A program made the translations under genes and the position numbers. Positions 1-9,681 of a stretch of 64,000 bases of DNA are shown piece by piece. Position 1 is the stretch's first letter, and every line of letters begins with the position of its first letter. This stretch comes from Dudresnaya verticillata (lineage: Eukaryota). Where the stretch lies: the NCBI GenBank assembly GCA_977862235.1, contig OZ374561.1, forward strand, positions 434,001 through 498,000, read 5' to 3'. The notes below the pieces were generated by a model. The model was not told the origin of the DNA. It was given only the letters and a program-made list of their open reading frames with translations, and did not search any database.

Positions 1-603
1 TCGCGTTTGGAGCAAAGGGGAGAATCTCTGCATTCCATTCCTGGCCTGCGTAACTAACCATGAGTTGTCAGCGGCGCGGTGCGGTGCTGGCACGCAGTCA
101 GACCCAATTAGCCCCTAGGGGTTTGCTCCTTTTTCCTTTCTTCCTTCAACTTCGCGTCGCTTGCTTCGCCACACTCATCTTTTTTGTGACTAAGATGTGC
201 TAGTCAACGGGTTGAAACGAGACCGTGGGCGCTCATGTTTTGACGGAGGATCCCAAAACTACTGGGCACAACCAAGTTTTCGTAGCCCGACGGCAGTGGG
301 CAAGAGAAAAGTACGAAATGTCATCTATGATGGCCGGGGCGTTTTGCAACGCGGGACATGCCAGCCCATATCCTGAACCTATTTGAGCACCCAGCGTAGG
401 GCGACTCAACTGAACCACATGGCATCGCCATCCAAAGCTCTCAACGCCATCATCGAACGCAGGCACTAGAGCACCAATTCCGCTTCGACACCGTGAATTG
501 AGCACTGACTACCGAGGATACCAGTACCGAGAAGGAATCGGTTTCTATCCATGGGCCCGGTGCTATTGAGCAGGGATCTGCTGCAGATGCATCCAACCCG
601 TAA

Positions 604-974
604 GGGTCATCCGCTTCGTCTCCTAAGAAACCGAAGAAGCCGTACTTTCGTGTCAAGGCATATTATCCAGTGGCGATTTGGTCTTTGGGTAAGCTTCTTG
701 TTTATGTCTTGTGCTTCTGAACTCACAATGTTCATGGCCGTGGTAACTTGCTTTTCATGCGCCATCTTTGTCCGTTTCTAAACTCGCAACTCTGTCAGAC
801 ACGGATGATGACATTTGTGCTATCTGCTGTAACAATATCATGGGCACCAGCATCAACTGCGAGTCCGGCAATGGCAACTGGAGCAGTGAGAAGGAATGTA
901 CCGTTTCCTGGGGCTGCTGCAATCATATCTTCCACAAGCATTGCATTTCGATCGTTGGGCAGGCGGTTTTATGA
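604..974 (+). pseudogene. RBX1/ROC1-like RING-H2 gene, apparently disrupted; GT-AG intron at 689..798
   Basis: Exon 1 reads KKPYFRVKAYYPVAIWSL (cf. RBX1 KKRFEVKKWNAVALWAW). Splicing GTAAG(689)..CAG(798) joins in frame to [21 protein letters not shown]...[18 protein letters not shown]. There is an in-frame TAA at 601-603 with no ATG between it and the exon. An apparent frameshift near 948 puts DRW in another frame, and the final CPxC/CPLD is missing. Confidence 0.65.
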
Positions 975-1483
975 TGGTTCCTTTGTCATTCAGTTACCGG
1001 ACTCCTGCTGACACGCCGTTCTTCGATCATTTTTTGTGAAGGCGCTAGCTTCATACACATAGCACCTGTTCACTGGACAACGGTCAGTGGAACTTGTTGC
1101 AGTGCGGCACCTACCCCTCTACCAGACAACTGAAGTAGCTGGATCTTTCTTCCATGATTGCGCCGCATTATGTTCTTGGGTAACGTACCGAGTTCAGCAT
1201 TGCTGGGAATGACATGAGTGACTGGCTTGTGTTCATGGCCCCAACGATTTCTCTGCAGGAGCTCTGCCCATGGCAGAAATGATTCGTTTTGTTTGATGAT
1301 CGCCAATAATGTAGAAGCGCTGCATGGAGGTGCAATTGTAATGTTTATGTTGAGACTACGGAGTCCTTTCCTCGTAGTATCATCTCGATAATGAAAAGTA
1401 AAGCAGGATGGTACCACAAAGACGTGGAACCATGGATTCTTGTATTCAGCTGCATGACCCCTATCCGTGAAATGAGAACCCAG

Positions 1484-3958
1484 CTATGAATTGTTCGCCA
1501 CGGATGACTGTCGCATGTAGAATTCAGCGACCTGTTCTGAAGAGGTCGCTTCGTCTGGCTTTTTGTCCTCCCGAACGCGCAAAAACCGAGGAAAACGAAG
1601 AGCAATCCCTTTCTCTGGATCGACGTGGCCTATCGCCGCTGTGTGCTGAGGAGATATGGACAGATCAGCACAAAGAACTTCCCAAACCTGGACAGGTTCA
1701 AACCACACGTCCGGTTCCAATGTCTTAAGGGCAGGTGTCCTGTAGTATGCTTTTGCTGTAGTGCTTTTGTTTTCTGCGTCAGGGTCATTGAAGAACTTCG
1801 CGAACTTGTCAAGGTCCTCGTCCGAAAAACCAGTTCCAATCTTGCATATCGATTGGTACTCCTCATTTTCTGGATCATAGCAAGCAAGCAGAAAGGCTCC
1901 GTACGTTCCTGTCCGTCTGCCGCGACCCAAATATCCTCCAATTGGTACAAGATCTAATGAGTCACCACATCCATCCAAATAGTCCTTCTTCACCTTCAAC
2001 CAATTCTGACTGCGGTTTGCCGGCTCATATGTTGCGTTGTGTCCTTCAAGGGCCTTGACCATCAGACCTTCACAACCTGCCTTGATGCTAGTGTTCAGTA
2101 GCTCCATAATCTCTTCAGGGTCCCTCGAATCCTGACCCCTTGCAAACATGAATTGGCCCTCTTGTTCCTCGAATCCTGTGAGAAGCTGCTTTCTTCTGTC
2201 CTTCAGTGACTTGTCAATGAGGCTGTTGCCATCAAAGAACAAGAGATCAAACGCAAAAATGCATACCTTAACAGAGACAGAGTCTGCTTGAACATCCTTC
2301 CTCTTCCTTCCCTGCAGTTCCTGAAAGGGAAGTATTTTCTTCTTTTCTGTGTCGTAAGCCACTGTTTCCGCATCAATTATGAAAGATGCATTTTTGAACT
2401 CCTTGTTCAGGGCAAAAGGAATATTCGCGACGAGATCGGGGTACTTCGGTGTTAAGTTCTCCGCGTTTCGGCTATAGATTTTCATCGAGCCATCTTCGAG
2501 GCGATGAACTTGGGCCCTCTCTCCGTCGTATTTGTACTCACAAGTGAACGTTGTCTCTGCAAAACGCTCTAGAACCTCTGAAATTGCTTTCGTTGGTTTG
2601 GCGAGCATGGGTGATACGGGAATACCAGGTATCAATTTGCAAGCTTCTTGCAACTTTTCATCAAGAACTTGGAACTCGAGAAGTTTAGGCACAATGACAT
2701 CCCAAACAGGGAGCTGACTGTATACTCCCGAGAGGATATTCGTTGCGTCCTTGATAGCTTCTTCAACTTGTTCCTCTCTCTTTGAAAGCTTCGATTTCTT
2801 CTTCCCTTCTGGAGTCAGAAGCAAGAACGAGTCCTTGCCAAGACGCTCCAGCGTCATCGCGGCAGCGAGAGCGGCAATGACTGTTTTGTCCGCCAAGTGA
2901 ATGCGTAGCTTTCCCAAGAGTGCACGAGCTATGTATTTAGCTTCAGTCCTTGACGCTGCCACCAGCATCTTGACTATTTTTGCTCGCTTAACTTCCTGTG
3001 TGCTTCTTCCGGAAATAGCCGCGATTGCTTTGAATTCCTGAAACACCCTTCTGACGGTTAACGGTGGGGGTGGGAACATCGTTTTCTGACTTGTTCGGGC
3101 TGCAGAAGCCACATCGCCGAGGTCTCCAATCTCCTTGCACATTGCCTTCAGTGCAGAGACAGTTCGCCCTGAAACCTGCGACACAGCTTTGATTAAAATG
3201 CTCTCTCCAATACCAAGCTCAACTCCCTCATGCGCCGGCGCGAGCTTGTTAACACAAAGATAAATCGAAGGTACAAGATCGTCAGGGGTAGATAAGATAA
3301 TATTGCGGAACATGTCAGTCAGAATGGCCTGAATCTCGAGTCGTCCGGTTATTTCTTCAACCTTGCTGAAAGCATCTGCCAGAAACTTGTAAGGGACAGG
3401 CTTCCCGTCTTTCCAAGTGCGAGACGCGGAAAGGCGCAAAAGATTGGCTTTTGCTTCTTTCGTCGCAGGTTTTGCTCGTGGATTCTTCTCCACTTCTTCC
3501 TCGACCTCGTGGAGTTCGTCATCCTCCTCGTCCGCATCGTCATCACTCCCGTCCTCAACGTCAATGCTATCATCCTTGTCCTCCGAGTTTCGAGTCAGGT
3601 CCTCAACCTCTTCCTTCTCTGGAATAGACTCAACATCTTCTTCATCTTCGAGAATGATCTTCTTGGTTGTTTTTTTCTTCTGGGTACCCGCGTTCGCCAA
3701 ATCCGTCTTCACAGTCGTTGGTGTGGTTTCGGTTTCCTCGTCAATCTTCGAGCGCTTGAACGGGGATTCAGAGGTGGCTTTCGTGGGTGAGGGCTTACTG
3801 CTGTCTGACGCCTTCAAAGGGACAGATGGCGATCGCGGCCTCTTCTTGGTCGACTGGGGAGATGTCTTCTTCCCTGAAGCGCTGCTTCCCTGTCCTTTTT
3901 TCTTGCTCTTTGCGCCCACCGGGCCGAAGAACGACGTTATCGTCCCCTGCTTTCCCAT
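1484..3958 (-). CDS. LIG1: ATP-dependent DNA ligase I (ATG at 3958; the frame stays open upstream, so an N-terminal extension is possible)
   Basis: Adenylation motif EYKYDGERAQ, EGLMVK, WLKVKKDY, ALRFPRFLRVREDK; N-terminal PIP box QGTITSFF; acidic/basic disordered N-terminus. Confidence 0.97.
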   Translation of the reverse strand: MGKQGTITSFFGPVGAKSKKKGQGSSASGKKTSPQSTKKRPRSPSVPLKASDSSKPSPTKATSESPFKRSKIDEETETTPTTVKTDLANAGTQKKKTTKKIILEDEEDVESIPEKEEVEDLTRNSEDKDDSIDVEDGSDDDADEEDDELHEVEEEVEKNPRAKPATKEAKANLLRLSASRTWKDGKPVPYKFLADAFSKVEEITGRLEIQAILTDMFRNIILSTPDDLVPSIYLCVNKLAPAHEGVELGIGESILIKAVSQVSGRTVSALKAMCKEIGDLGDVASAARTSQKTMFPPPPLTVRRVFQEFKAIAAISGRSTQEVKRAKIVKMLVAASRTEAKYIARALLGKLRIHLADKTVIAALAAAMTLERLGKDSFLLLTPEGKKKSKLSKREEQVEEAIKDATNILSGVYSQLPVWDVIVPKLLEFQVLDEKLQEACKLIPGIPVSPMLAKPTKAISEVLERFAETTFTCEYKYDGERAQVHRLEDGSMKIYSRNAENLTPKYPDLVANIPFALNKEFKNASFIIDAETVAYDTEKKKILPFQELQGRKRKDVQADSVSVKVCIFAFDLLFFDGNSLIDKSLKDRRKQLLTGFEEQEGQFMFARGQDSRDPEEIMELLNTSIKAGCEGLMVKALEGHNATYEPANRSQNWLKVKKDYLDGCGDSLDLVPIGGYLGRGRRTGTYGAFLLACYDPENEEYQSICKIGTGFSDEDLDKFAKFFNDPDAENKSTTAKAYYRTPALKTLEPDVWFEPVQVWEVLCADLSISPQHTAAIGHVDPEKGIALRFPRFLRVREDKKPDEATSSEQVAEFYMRQSSVANNS

Positions 3959-4225
3959 GCTGGGATCCTGCGAGCGTGAACTCGCACGAGGTAACGCAGA
4001 GCGGGCGCCTCGGGTCTCTATTCCAAACTCAGAGTGGTGAGACCACCGTATGCTGGCTAAGCTCGTGCTGGGTCCCCACAACCTCGTCGCAGTTGCAGTA
4101 CAAGTACTAGCCCAATGCCACAATCTTCCTGCCTGTAGCCGCAACTCCACACCTGCAAGCTCAGGATCCGGAGTAGGAGCTGCCGTGCGAAGCGGCTTGA
4201 AATTAACTGAAATTCAATACTGAGG

Positions 4226-4330
4226 TTTCGCGCGAAATCAGCATAACAGTCTGGCTCTAGAGTACCACGCATTTACGCGGGAATACTTGCCTTCCCCCGC
4301 TTCCCGGCGAATGCTTCCCATTTTTGGCGC
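4226..4330. promoter_or_regulatory. Cluster of E2F-type sites upstream of LIG1
   Basis: Perfect palindrome TTTCGCGCGAAA at 4226-4237, ATTCCCGC on the minus strand at 4277-4284, TTTGGCGC at 4323-4330; all fit the WTTSSCGC consensus. Confidence 0.65.
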
Positions 4331-4452
4331 GGCCCTGATCACGTGGTCCTTGTGTGCTGTTTACTGGGCAGCAACCGGCCTTCAACGTCTGCAAAGCCAT
4401 CCGGTCCCCGCTGTCACCACATCTGCTTCGCCTCCGGAGGGCTCGGCATTCG

Positions 4453-5187
4453 TCACCGCGCCACCGCAGGGTGATGCTCGTTCACCAATTCGCCGACCTT
4501 GCGACCCTCAAGGAAATCCGAGATAGATTCAAGCACTAAAGGACGGTATAGAAGCAGGTTGTGCGTAGAGGGCACTTCCAACCGATAATGCCTTCTTCGA
4601 AGCCTCGTCTCCTCAACGCCTACAACCCCGTCCGAGTCACCATCGATTAGCGGGTTGGCCTTCCCATACGCACCGGTTACAACCAACACCTCAACTTCAC
4701 TTGGTATCACACCAATGTTCTCGTCAAACCACCTTGCGTCATTCATCATCAACTCCTTCCCGCAATTCTCCCCAAGGATGCTGCGCGCAGTGCTATGAAC
4801 TGCCGTCTTGAACATTTCAGGGCCAGTGATATTCTCCCTTCGAAACGCGCGAGCGAAAGATGCCCCGCGAAGTGGTGGTCCGATGAGCACGCATCTTGTG
4901 CTGACCGCCGTGTCACCTAGAATCTCACGCAGTCCCTGCGAGAACGCTTTGTGTACAACCAGCCCACCAAACGAATGAGTCACGAAGTGCACTACTTGCG
5001 GCTTCCGTTCCAACCGCGACCCGACGCTGTCAACCAACATCTGCGCATGCCCTGACAACGTGTCCCCCCGAGAGCGGTATGCGAAATTTAGCACATCGTA
5101 CCTCCGCACGAGCGATGCTGCAATGGGGAGCAACTGGGCGCGAACTCCCATGAACCCGTGCGCCAGCACCACTAGCTCCGTGCCCAT
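4453..5187 (-). CDS. Alpha/beta-fold hydrolase (lipase/esterase-like)
   Basis: VVLAHGF oxyanion motif, nucleophile elbow VTHSFGG, DSDGVV (Asp) and STHNLL (His). First ATG is at 5187; the ORF track start at 5193 is GTG. Confidence 0.85.
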   Translation of the reverse strand: MGTELVVLAHGFMGVRAQLLPIAASLVRRYDVLNFAYRSRGDTLSGHAQMLVDSVGSRLERKPQVVHFVTHSFGGLVVHKAFSQGLREILGDTAVSTRCVLIGPPLRGASFARAFRRENITGPEMFKTAVHSTARSILGENCGKELMMNDARWFDENIGVIPSEVEVLVVTGAYGKANPLIDGDSDGVVGVEETRLRRRHYRLEVPSTHNLLLYRPLVLESISDFLEGRKVGELVNEHHPAVAR

Positions 5188-5294
5188 CCCCACAGTCGCG
5201 GAAGATCAGAGCAAGCTCGCAATGGCCAGCGTGAGAGCGCATCCCCACAGCCGCGGAAGAGGAGAGCAAGCTCGCAGTGGGCAACGTGAGAGCG
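5185..5294. repeat. Two imperfect tandem copies of a 55-bp unit that overlap the hydrolase start codon
   Basis: catccccacagtcgcggaagatcagagcaagctcgcaatggccagcgtgagagcg (5185-5239) and a variant copy (5240-5294). Confidence 0.85.
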
Positions 5295-5511
5295 CGTCGT
5301 GTAGGTTGCGAGGCAGAGTGTGAGATAGCTCATTTTCCCCTTTTCCGCCATATCTATAATTTCAACATTCAGAAACACCTCTGAAGCCTGCCTTTCTTCT
5401 CAACCAGTTGAAACGCTGAGCTGCGGGGCAACGCCTGTACCATACACTCTCCACAGCATGGTATAAACGCTCTTTGTATCGGGGGTGCTCAACGCCAATT
5501 GCTATGATGAA

Positions 5512-5696
5512 AAGACGGCATCTACCCCAACCGACGGCATCTACCCCAACCGACGGCATCTACCCTAACCGACGGCATCTACCCCAACCGACGGCATCTA
5601 CCTCTCCAACATCAACCGACGGCATCTACCTCTCCAACATCAACCGACGGCATCTACCTCTCCAACATCAACCGACAGCATCTACCTCTCCAACAT
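5512..5696. repeat. Compound minisatellite: about 4 x 19 bp followed by about 4 x 28 bp
   Basis: Units ccgacggcatctaccccaa and ccgacggcatctacctctccaacatcaa share the core ccgacggcatctacc. Confidence 0.92.
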
Positions 5697-5748
5697 GACA
5701 AGAGAAAACTTAAAGCAATCTAGGAGGGTCCTTGCGTGACTGCACTCG

Positions 5749-6522
5749 TTAGAGAGCATCCAAGGCAGCATCGGGCCCATTCCCACCGAGGCAGAAAGCA
5801 ATGACCAGATCAGAAGTGTGGCGCTCGCAGTTGATATCACCGTAGAAAGAGATCATTCCGTTTCCGACTTTCCTCATGGCGATGCAGACGTGCGACTGTT
5901 CGCTATACCCCTCAGGCTCGTCCGCAGTTGGTGGTCCCAAGAAAGGCCTCTGCTGTCCAAGAAGGATCATAGGAAGTGATTGGTGCCGAGACTCTCTCGT
6001 AACTCCAAAGCAACGGTCAGCAGCTGGAACGTCAAGATAACAAACGGCTTCAGCAGAAAACGAGCGTGCAGAGGCAGGTGTTTCTCCGGAAACAATGCGA
6101 GCAAGGGGAAACTGGAAATCAACCTCAGCGGCAGAAGATGGTCGAGCTGACCATGTAGTGCGATACTGGCTCCCATCTGTCCACGGGACGTCGAATAGAG
6201 CCTGGAGTACGCGAAGTAAGCGATGTCCCTGTGTCGTAGGGAAGGCGACGCGGCCCCCGCGGTCTACAACGAATCGTTTCAAAGCAGTTCCAAACTGAAG
6301 CCTAAAGGTCGTAAACCGGCTACTCAAATCGCAGATGATGACTGCTTGGTGATGTCCAGAGTCAAGCTCCTGCAGAATCTCCCTCTTGTTTCTTCCATTT
6401 TCATAATCTACAACGTGAAGAATCGTTTGTCCAGCAAGCAGCAGATCATTTTCCAAAAGTCTAGTGGCATGGTGGCTACCTTCTCTTTGGAAGCCCCCGA
6501 CGAATAAAATTGATCGACCCAT
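5749..6522 (-). CDS. Uncharacterised protein, possibly class I glutamine amidotransferase-like fold
   Basis: Intact 257-aa ATG ORF with globular composition. Motifs LKRFVVDRGGRVAF, LFDVPW...YRT and GNGMISFYGDINCE recall a hypothetical family I associate with fungi (from memory, not verified). Confidence 0.65.
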   Translation of the reverse strand: MGRSILFVGGFQREGSHHATRLLENDLLLAGQTILHVVDYENGRNKREILQELDSGHHQAVIICDLSSRFTTFRLQFGTALKRFVVDRGGRVAFPTTQGHRLLRVLQALFDVPWTDGSQYRTTWSARPSSAAEVDFQFPLARIVSGETPASARSFSAEAVCYLDVPAADRCFGVTRESRHQSLPMILLGQQRPFLGPPTADEPEGYSEQSHVCIAMRKVGNGMISFYGDINCERHTSDLVIAFCLGGNGPDAALDAL

Positions 6523-7294
6523 TCCTCCAAGATATTTGACTTCGTCGCGAACTGCATGCCCTCAGATGCTACACCGGTGGGCGTCTTCTTCACGCAGTAA
6601 TGAGCGTGCCTTCCCATTAGGCGGTATCCTATGAACCCCGTGTTGCGTGAGTGTTGGTGTTCATCGCTGTGCGGGCAACAGGGGCAGACTGTTGCCCCTG
6701 TAGGATACCCTCAGTGTGCCAAAAAGGTTTCAAATTTACTGAGCCAAAGTTCAGGCCACCCACGCAGCATTGCGCACTCCACCCCCTCCGTGGAGAATCG
6801 AGTGATGTTAGCCCTATGCAAGTGTGCTCTGCATGGCCACGCAAACGAGTTGTGAGAGGCACTCTTGAAATTCCTGCGTGTTGGAGCAGAGTGCTGTACC
6901 TCTCTGTCTCAATCCCCTAGGGTATTGCGGTATGTATTTCCTTCCATGTCTGTCAACATGTCTACTGCGTTGCTTTCTGAGCTGCGTATCGCCCTGAATC
7001 ACAAGCGTCCAGCGATAGGTTTTTGGGGACTACTCGTCTACAACGAACAAGACTGCGACGCTACAGCATTTGAGCCGAAAGATACAATGGTTAGATCCAT
7101 CGTAGAGCATCTACTGGTATCCTGGAATCGCTTCTCGAAGCTCACTTATAGCAAACTGTCGAAGAAAGACGTGAACATTCCAGCGGATTTCCGCCTCTTC
7201 AGTAAAGCCCTGCTCCGCGCTCATAGCCCCGAAACTAGGTCCAAGACGCAGTACCACTTCGTTAGAAAGTGCCGACAATGCACTCTTTCGGTAT

Positions 7295-8875
7295 TTATTG
7301 CTCGTTAGTAATATAAGACTTAGTTGAACCTACTTTCGATCGCGCGGACCCAAAACTTCCATCTGACACAACCCTGAATGCAAAACCCCCACGAGAACTC
7401 TTGAGTTCAACCTTTTTGCACCATTCACCGCCAAGATCAGTTATTGCGTTGAGTTGCTTCTCCAAGTCATTCCGAGGCCATTTCTTCGGGTGAACCTTTT
7501 CGACCTTGACCAGTAACTGAGACCAACCCATGGCCGACCTCCGCTCACTTCGCAGCAGTGCGCAAATCGTATCCATAGTGCATGGCAGCTTCGAGAGCAA
7601 ACTTCTATTCGTGGTCTTTTCAACCTCAGCCGTTGCATCATGTGCCTCTTTAGCTTTGGCTCGCTCCCTAACTTTCTGGAGAAGATCAGAAGGAACACAA
7701 TCATCATCGTCTGAAGTAGGCTGTGCTTCAAGCCCAGAGCGGGTAGACTCCTCACCCTGCACCGCAGGAAGCTTCTGCACAGTGTCCTTCGCCCCCTGTG
7801 CAGTCTTCTCGACATTGCTTCGGACTCCAATGTCCTTGTCAGGTAGCTCTTCTGGGAGCAGTGGCGGAGCCGGAAGCTCTTCAACGTCCTTTTCAAGATC
7901 AAACCCGGGGTGCCACATGTCGGAATCATGACGATTAATCCCCGAGCGCTTGAGGAACCGCGCATGATGTTCACGGATATCTTCAAGCAACCGGGTATGA
8001 AGCAGAGATCGTCGCAGTCGAGCACCATTCTTGTTGTCCACCACCACTTTCTTCGGATCGACATTGTCAAGGCGGATGATGAGACCGTCCGAAGGACGCT
8101 TTTGGTTTGCGCTGGTCTTCAAACCTGGCAGGACGGCAACAGCTTCGGGAATGACATGGGCGAGCTGAGACAGTATTTTGATCGTGAAGTCTCGCCTGGT
8201 GCTTCTCCGAACGATATCGCGAACAGCCGCAACTGTCGGCAGCGTCCTCCTCGTTTTCAGCAAGGACACAGCCTGCTCCAAGGCAATGAGGACATCCAAC
8301 AGCATTACGTGAGAGTTTGGCAACATGCTTCTACTGTACATTATCGCTTCACCCCCCGACACCGCAAGGGAGCCATGCGAGCGGACACCTGGTGCATCAG
8401 CAGCCGCGCCGTACACACACTTTGCATATGTGCTTCGCAAGTCCGTCTGCACTTTTTCCTTCTTCTTCACAGCAGCCTTCGCGGTCGTCTTCGGGGGCAG
8501 TCTGCCATCTGAATCGCCTTGCTGCGGTCGACGAGTGTCCATGTGCGGCGCCTGGAAAACAAACGAAGGGGTTTCCTTGTTGCGCTGGCGACGGGCCTCA
8601 CGATCCTGCCTGACAATTTCGGAGAGCCGCCATTTGCGTTTCTGCGAGTGCACGGCTTCGGTAACGGTCTTGGGCGCTGGCTGGGCAGCTGGAATTTCCA
8701 TGCCGCCCGCGCCCGTGGCGAAGACAGGCTTCTGCTTCTTAAGCACCGGGGGCACTCCCTCCCGAAAGGTCCTCGGTTTCTTCACGCGGTCACCGAACAT
8801 GGCCGAGATCTGCTGCTGCGTTCCGCCATGCGAGGTCGGGGGAGTAGAACGCTTCCTTTTGCCGTTCGGTGGCAT
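7295..8875 (-). CDS. CDT1: DNA replication licensing factor Cdt1
   Basis: N-terminal PIP-like QQQISAMF; geminin-binding-type segments STRRDFTIKILSQLAHVIPEAV and RRSLLHTRLL..HHARFL..WHPGFDLE; VPSDLLQKVRER; C-terminal winged-helix-like region. First ATG at 8875. Confidence 0.85.
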   Translation of the reverse strand: MPPNGKRKRSTPPTSHGGTQQQISAMFGDRVKKPRTFREGVPPVLKKQKPVFATGAGGMEIPAAQPAPKTVTEAVHSQKRKWRLSEIVRQDREARRQRNKETPSFVFQAPHMDTRRPQQGDSDGRLPPKTTAKAAVKKKEKVQTDLRSTYAKCVYGAAADAPGVRSHGSLAVSGGEAIMYSRSMLPNSHVMLLDVLIALEQAVSLLKTRRTLPTVAAVRDIVRRSTRRDFTIKILSQLAHVIPEAVAVLPGLKTSANQKRPSDGLIIRLDNVDPKKVVVDNKNGARLRRSLLHTRLLEDIREHHARFLKRSGINRHDSDMWHPGFDLEKDVEELPAPPLLPEELPDKDIGVRSNVEKTAQGAKDTVQKLPAVQGEESTRSGLEAQPTSDDDDCVPSDLLQKVRERAKAKEAHDATAEVEKTTNRSLLSKLPCTMDTICALLRSERRSAMGWSQLLVKVEKVHPKKWPRNDLEKQLNAITDLGGEWCKKVELKSSRGGFAFRVVSDGSFGSARSKVGSTKSYITNEQ

Positions 8876-9161
8876 GATGCGCGATGGAGCTCGTGCAAGA
8901 TTTGCGACGAGCCTCAGCACTTACGCGACGCAGATGGTAGCAATGTCTGCTTGGGAGTTGCAAGGGAGCAGAAGCAGGGGATTGAGGATGCAGAAAGGGA
9001 GGGTGAGAAATGAAGGTTACGGGTGCAGGTAAGGGTGAAGGCGTGGGTGAAGGCGAGGGTGAAGGCGGGGGTGATGAGGGAAGAGTACGACGGGCTGATG
9101 AAGTGCTCCTGCTGCCCTCGCCGGGCCCTTGAGTATTACTCGTACTACTACTACCTTCGCA

Positions 9162-9203
9162 TTTCGCGCCAAGCAGCGTTCAACGTTCGGCTTTCCCGCC
9201 AAA
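9162..9203. promoter_or_regulatory. Two bidirectional E2F sites upstream of CDT1, in the CDT1/STT3 divergent intergenic region
   Basis: TTTCGCGCCAA at 9162-9172 and TTTCCCGCCAAA at 9192-9203. Confidence 0.7.
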
Positions 9204-9681
9204 TGATTTTCTGTCACCAGCCAATAACCAGGAGCCAAAGTTGCGAGAACATGCAGTAATGCTTACAGCGACCGTCTGCCAAGTCATTGCCCGATGTCCT
9301 CGATCGCATCTGTCTTACAGTACATAAAATACGAAAGAGAAAATTACAGAAGATCACCGGGACCAGACCCTTCGGGCACACTACTGGACCGCTTGAAATG
9401 AATGATTCCGATTCTCAACTTTCCCTTCGCAAAGGCTGCACTGTTGTGGGGGCGGCAACAGTCAACTTGGCGGCGCTGGATCCCTCTGGCTCTGCTCATT
9501 GACCTCTCCGCCGTGCTACCTGCTAATGCATCACGTCTCCGCCGCCTGCAGTGGAGCGCAATTTCCTTAACCAGAATTGCTAGCGGAACTGCAGAGGCGC
9601 CCTCGTGACGAGGCTTCGGTGCAAGTCGGCAAGGGGACGGATTGACGCCGGCGAACAACATAAGAGCACAAAGGTAGTGCC

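Noticed and set aside
3417..4040. Long antisense ORFs over LIG1 (likewise over CDT1, DNAJC11, the carboxypeptidases and RseP)
   Set aside because: These are shadows of real genes on the opposite strand in GC-rich coding DNA and carry no independent motifs.
5512..5696. Possible CRISPR array
   Set aside because: The sequence between the repeated cores is short and itself repeated, with no unique spacers, no cas genes and a eukaryotic context. It is a minisatellite.
6651..7308. ORFs 6651-6920 and 6865-7308 as a gene or pseudogene
   Set aside because: No recognisable motif, non-ATG starts and overlap with the CDT1 stop. I cannot support a call without a search.
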